NCBI GenBank assembly: GCA_033442325.1
Contig: JAWQFM010000030.1
Coordinates: forward strand, 1 to 33,200
Length of the DNA stretch: 33,200 nucleotides
Source: Salpingoeca rosetta
Taxonomy: Eukaryota > Protista > Choanoflagellata
Direction of reading: 5' to 3'
Below the pieces are notes generated by a model. That model ran no database searches, was not told the origin of the DNA, and was given only the letters and a program-made list of their open reading frames with translations. Below, piece by piece: positions 28,606 to 33,200 of the stretch; positions within the stretch are counted from its first letter, which is position 1; each line of letters opens with the position of its first letter. Position numbers and translations under genes: made by a program.

Positions 28606-29137
28606 ATCAACGCAATCTGTTGAATTGCGCTTACTAGGAATTCCTCGTTCAAGATGAATAATTGCAAGCATCTATCCCCAGCACGACGGGTTTTCACAAG
28701 AGTCCCCACGCCTTCCAGCGCAGGAATAGATGTCTGTCGTAGAAAAACGCTTTCACGCTCCCCACCACAAACACCCAAAGCATACTCGCTGCCCCCGTCA
28801 GTGTAGCGCGCGTGCAGCCCAGAACATCTAAGGGCATCACAGACCTGTTATCGCCTCAAACTTCCTTCGGCTTACGCTCAATAGCAACGCCGAGTGTCCC
28901 TCTGAGTGGTGTGATGAGAGACACGCTTGCGCGTAATCTCCAACGCCTGCTAACGCAGGCGCACACCAATCAGCAAGTCAAGGTCTCGCCGTTTACCGTA
29001 ATCAAACAGAGATTTCACAACAAAAGCTGGACGGCCATGCACCACCTCCCTTGGAATCAAGAAAGAGCTGTCAATCTGTCAATCCTTCCCATGTCTGGAC
29101 CTGGTGAGTTTCCCCGTGTTGAGTCAAATTAAGCCGC

Positions 29138-29184
<47 letters not shown>

Positions 29185-30511
29185 ATCTTGCGATCATACT
29201 CCCCCCGGAACCCAAACGCTTTGGTTTCCCTAAAGGTCCCGATGGCGCCTCCACTTGATAAAAGTTTGTGCTGCCCACCGAGCCCTGGCCGGCATCGTTT
29301 ATGGTTAAGACTACGACGGTATCTAATCGTCTTCGATCCCCTAACTTTCGTTCTTGATCAATGAAAGCGTCCTTGGCAAATGCTTTCGCAGTCGGCGGTC
29401 TTTCGTAAATCCAAGAATTTCACCTCTGACAACGAAATACCAGTGCCCCCAACCGTCCCTATTAATCATTACTTCAGACCCGATGTGGTGAGGGAGGAAC
29501 AAGAAAACCTTGCGGTTTCTCACTCCACACCCCCGCACCACACGCCAACAGTACAGGCCCAAAAGTCCTCTTCCGTTGTTCCATGCTAATCTATTCAAGC
29601 AANNNNNNNNNNNNNNNNNNNNNNNNNNNNNNNNNNNNNNNNNNNNNNNNNNNNNNNNNNNNNNNNNNNNNNNNNNNNNNNNNNNNNNNNNNNNNNNNNN
29701 NNNNNNNNNNNNNNNNNNNNNNNNNNNNNNNNNNNNNNNNNNNNNNNNNNNNNNNNNNNNNNNNNNNNNNNNNNNNNNNNNNNNNNNNNNNNNNNNNNNN
29801 NNNNNNNNNNNNNNNNNNNNNNNNNNNNNNNNNNNNNNNNNNNNNNNNNNNNNNNNNNNNNNNNNNNNNNNNNNNNNNNNNNNNNNNNNNNNNNNNNNNN
29901 NNNNNNNNNNNNNNNNNNNNNNNNNNNNNNNNNNNNNNNNNNNNNNNNNNNNNNNNNNNNNNNNNNNNNNNNNNNNNNNNNNNNNNNNNNNNNNNNNNNN
30001 NNNNNNNNNNNNNNNNNNNNNNNNNNNNNNNNNNNNNNNNNNNNNNNNNNNNNNNNNNNNNNNNNNNNNNNNNNNNNNNNNNNNNNNNNNNNNNNNNNNN
30101 NNNNNNNNNNNNNNNNNNNNNNNNNNNNNNNNNNNNNNNNNNNNNNNNNNNNNNNNNNNNNNNNNNNNNNNNNNNNNNNNNNNNNNNNNNNNNNNNNNNN
30201 NNNNNNNNNNNNNNNNNNNNNNNNNNNNNNNNNNNNNNNNNNNNNNNNNNNNNNNNNNNNNNNNNNNNNNNNNNNNNNNNNNNACACACCTCTCTCTCGG
30301 GCCTTGTCGCACGTATTAGCTCTAGAATTACCACGGCTATCCGTCTAGCACAACACCGCTCCGAAAAACGAGTTGCAAACTATCAAATAAACTATAACTG
30401 ATTTAATGAGCCATTCGCAGTTTCACAGTATCAAGAATACTATTCATACTTAGACATGCATGGCTTAATCTTTGAGACAAGCATATGACTACTGGCAGGA
30501 TCGACCAGTTA
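28409..30511 (-). rRNA. 18S rRNA: 18S (SSU) rRNA with an internal gap at 29603-30283
   Basis: 5' end AACTGGTCGATCCTGCCAGTAGTCATATGCTTGTCTCAAAG; internal AAACTTAAAGGAATTGACGG and TGTACACACCGCCCGTC; 3' end GTAGGTGAACCTGCGGAAGGATCATT. Confidence 0.98.
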
Positions 30512-33200
30512 TCTCTCCATAGGAGGGGCAGTGGCAGGTTGTGGTGTGTATGAGTGTGCGTAGATGCACGTGAATGCATGTGTAGATGTGTGTGGATGCG
30601 TGTAGGTTGTAAGCCCATACACAATGCACACACACAATACACAACACATCACATTGCACACAACACAAACACAACACACCACAGCTGCCGCCCAGCTATG
30701 GCTGTCGAGGATTCAGAAGAGACGAGAGAGAGACAAGCAAAGGGAAAAGCGAGAAGAAAACACACAACAATACAATGAATGCTGTGCTTTTTCTCCTCCC
30801 TTCTTCTTCCCCTCAGTTTTGTACACTCACCACTCCTCCTGCACCCCAACAAACAAAGCTTCCACAAGCAACACGCACATCGCTGCACGTGCCACTCGGG
30901 TCGTTCTGTTTTTCGTTTTGGTTTTGTTCTTGTGGCTATGCACACAACAACAACCCCAGACACACACACACACACAAAAAGGTGTGTGGATGAAGCAGTG
31001 TCATTCAATGCAAGTACACAATCTGTGTGCTGTTTTCCAGTGAGTGCCAGTGACAACAACCTGCTCTGCCAACAAAACACACACCACCATTGTTTCGCAT
31101 GTGCATGCATGTGCATGTGTGTGTGTGCAAACAACGCGAGGTTGCTCACACAACACACAATACACACACAGCACACACAAATACAATGGCAGCACGTGCC
31201 CATCAGCAGCATGCAGCGCGCATGGCTCTCTTTCGAAACAACACACAACACTGTTTCGCATCAAATGTACTTCATCCACGCATGTGTGCGTGCCCAAAAT
31301 CATCATCGTGCTCACAGCACAGTTTGCCTCCACTCATGATAGAGTGTTGCTCAAGGCACCCTCTCAAGAAGAATAATCCACACCGCTCTCACGGCGGAAT
31401 TGCCTCCTGCATGCGCAAGCTTGGTGTCATCAAGGGCGGTCGCATCCTGCCGCTATTACAATAACAGACAGCGCCCACCCTCTATCAGAGATCACAGCAG
31501 ATAAACACACATGCATGCATGTGCCTTGCCGTCACTCCGCCAGCGGCTTGCAACTTGCTTCAACTTCATAGACTTTTGGCTCAACACCAGCAATCCATGC
31601 AAAGCTTTGCTTGCTCTCGCTCGCAATACTTCATCGACCCGCATGTCACAGCGGGCTGCGTCTTGCCTCCAAAGGCAACCACAGCCACACCCACAACACA
31701 CAGCTGACAACGTCTTGTTTTTCACTGTGCCACATCCACGTGTGCAGCAAAGCAACTGCCAGCCATCCCCCCACACACAAACACATGTTGGCTCATCGCC
31801 CTTCACCCAACGCACAGCTACACACACACAGGGAAAATGCAAGCCCGTTCATGCGCACACACGTCATCTACGCGCCAGGCACATCGCTGTGCCCGGGTCT
31901 CAATGCACCATGCGTGCAGGCCTGCTTCCTGCGTCTCGCTGCGTCACATCACTGTGAGGAGAGAAGAACAATCAAGAGCCAACAAATGCGCGTTCGTATG
32001 AGAAGAAATGACCAGCGCTTCACGCTGTCACACTCAGAGGAAGCTGAACAATCAGCTCGCCCTCTTTCCGCAAACACAGTCGTTGCTCGCCACAAGCGCA
32101 TATGTCGTGTGTTGCTTTTGCTTCTGTGTTGTAGAGATGCGTTTGCTCATGCGAGTGATCACAAGAACACACACAGAGACACGAGCAATCGCTTGCTCGC
32201 CTCCCCACATGTGCCTCATCACACCCACACATCGCTCACGCATCACACACTCAAGCATCCACACACATACACACGCCCGTGCTGTTCTCATTGCATGTGC
32301 TGTGCACGCATGTGTGCTCGTGCAAGCATCGCTCACAACACACATAAAGAGTGTCGCTTCGCTTTGCCTGCACTCACACACACACATCACACACCAATGA
32401 AGAGAGAGGTCGCTCAGAACACAGCAGACAAGACCAGAGAAAGAGAAGTAGCTGCAAGGGCGCAGACGCGGCTTTTCGTGCCCGCAAGCAATCCTGCTCA
32501 GCGACATTCGCCTTGCTCTCATGCTTGCGCCTCTACTCAGCGGCTCTTTGCCTTTGCCTTCTCTTTTCCTTATTTGTCTTGCTCATTTGCATCCTTCCTC
32601 TCATGTATGCCAATCCATCGAGCGGCAGCTGTTTGAATCACTGCTTTGCCCTCGTGCACTTTGCCTGCAGGCACCGCAATCTAGCTTCAGTGATTCTGCT
32701 AGATCTAGATTTGTGACTGGATCTAGCTGGTGTGCACAGCTTCACTGCATCAAGATTCTTCACATTGCTCACACCCCAGATTCCCCTGGCCCGTGACCAA
32801 CCAATGCTTGCATGCATGCAATTTGCTTGCGCTGCTAATTCGCTGCAGCTGCACAGCTGCCTCGCGACGCAGTGTTCAGACACTACTCATGACAGTTTTG
32901 GGCTTTTTTCTGTCACAACATCGCACTTTTTCTGCACCCCTTTTTGACTTCACCGCCCCAGTCTCCCTACTCCGGTGATCAAGTGAGCAAGCGAGCAAAC
33001 GTCACTGCACCATGCCATGAGCTGCTGCAACACGCACAAGACCACGTGGCTGGCTTGCAGGCACACGTGCGCACGAGCACACTGCACTGTGTGCACTTCT
33101 ACTTGCCTGCAGGCACGCTTCGCTGAAGCAAGAAGGAGCAAAGCAGAGGAACTGAGGAGTAGAGAAGCAAGGATGGATTCGTTTCCATGTGATGCACAAG
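30512..33200 (-). other. Probable 5' ETS / intergenic spacer of the rDNA unit
   Basis: Upstream of 18S, with no credible coding signal. It shares the CA-rich plus-strand bias of the ITSs up to about 32.5 kb. The transcription start was not located. Confidence 0.6.

Noticed and set aside
24390-33200. ORFs overlapping the rDNA, spacers and N gaps
   Set aside because: Spurious translations of rRNA, low-complexity spacer or N runs. No homing endonuclease, R2 element or group I intron is seen in the sequenced part.

Overview
Eukaryotic, intron-rich draft sequence with GC-rich exons, (CA/TG)n-filled introns and five N gaps. The style suggests a choanoflagellate such as Salpingoeca rosetta; this is an inference from sequence style, not a database match. 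From left to right: (1) a large minus-strand extracellular Cys-rich gene with TNFR-like/ephrin-receptor-like repeats and a Sushi/CCP start. Its N-terminal C-x3-C Asp/Cys-rich region is built from ten 12-78 nt microexons. (2) A ~0.7 kb near-tandem duplication. (3) A disrupted secreted gene with a fibrinogen/intelectin-like domain. (4) A frameshifted stanniocalcin-like gene. (5) A Q/H/P-rich gene with apparent lesions. (6) A single-exon PAPS sulfotransferase. (7) A secreted 7-blade beta-propeller gene that shares an N-terminal 'GxLxINTxDP...NGVDV + coiled coil' module with gene 3. (8) An intact, 5'-truncated ROCO gene of at least 11 exons with architecture LRR-ankyrin-ROC-COR-TIR-SAM; this is the best candidate for an undescribed immune or cell-death signalling protein. 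(9) A minus-strand rDNA unit (ETS/IGS, 18S, ITS1, 5.8S, ITS2, partial 28S) with GU-rich expansion hairpins. Exons were mapped by hand from GT-AG sites and reading-frame continuity. Domain calls come from motif recognition, not HMM searches.
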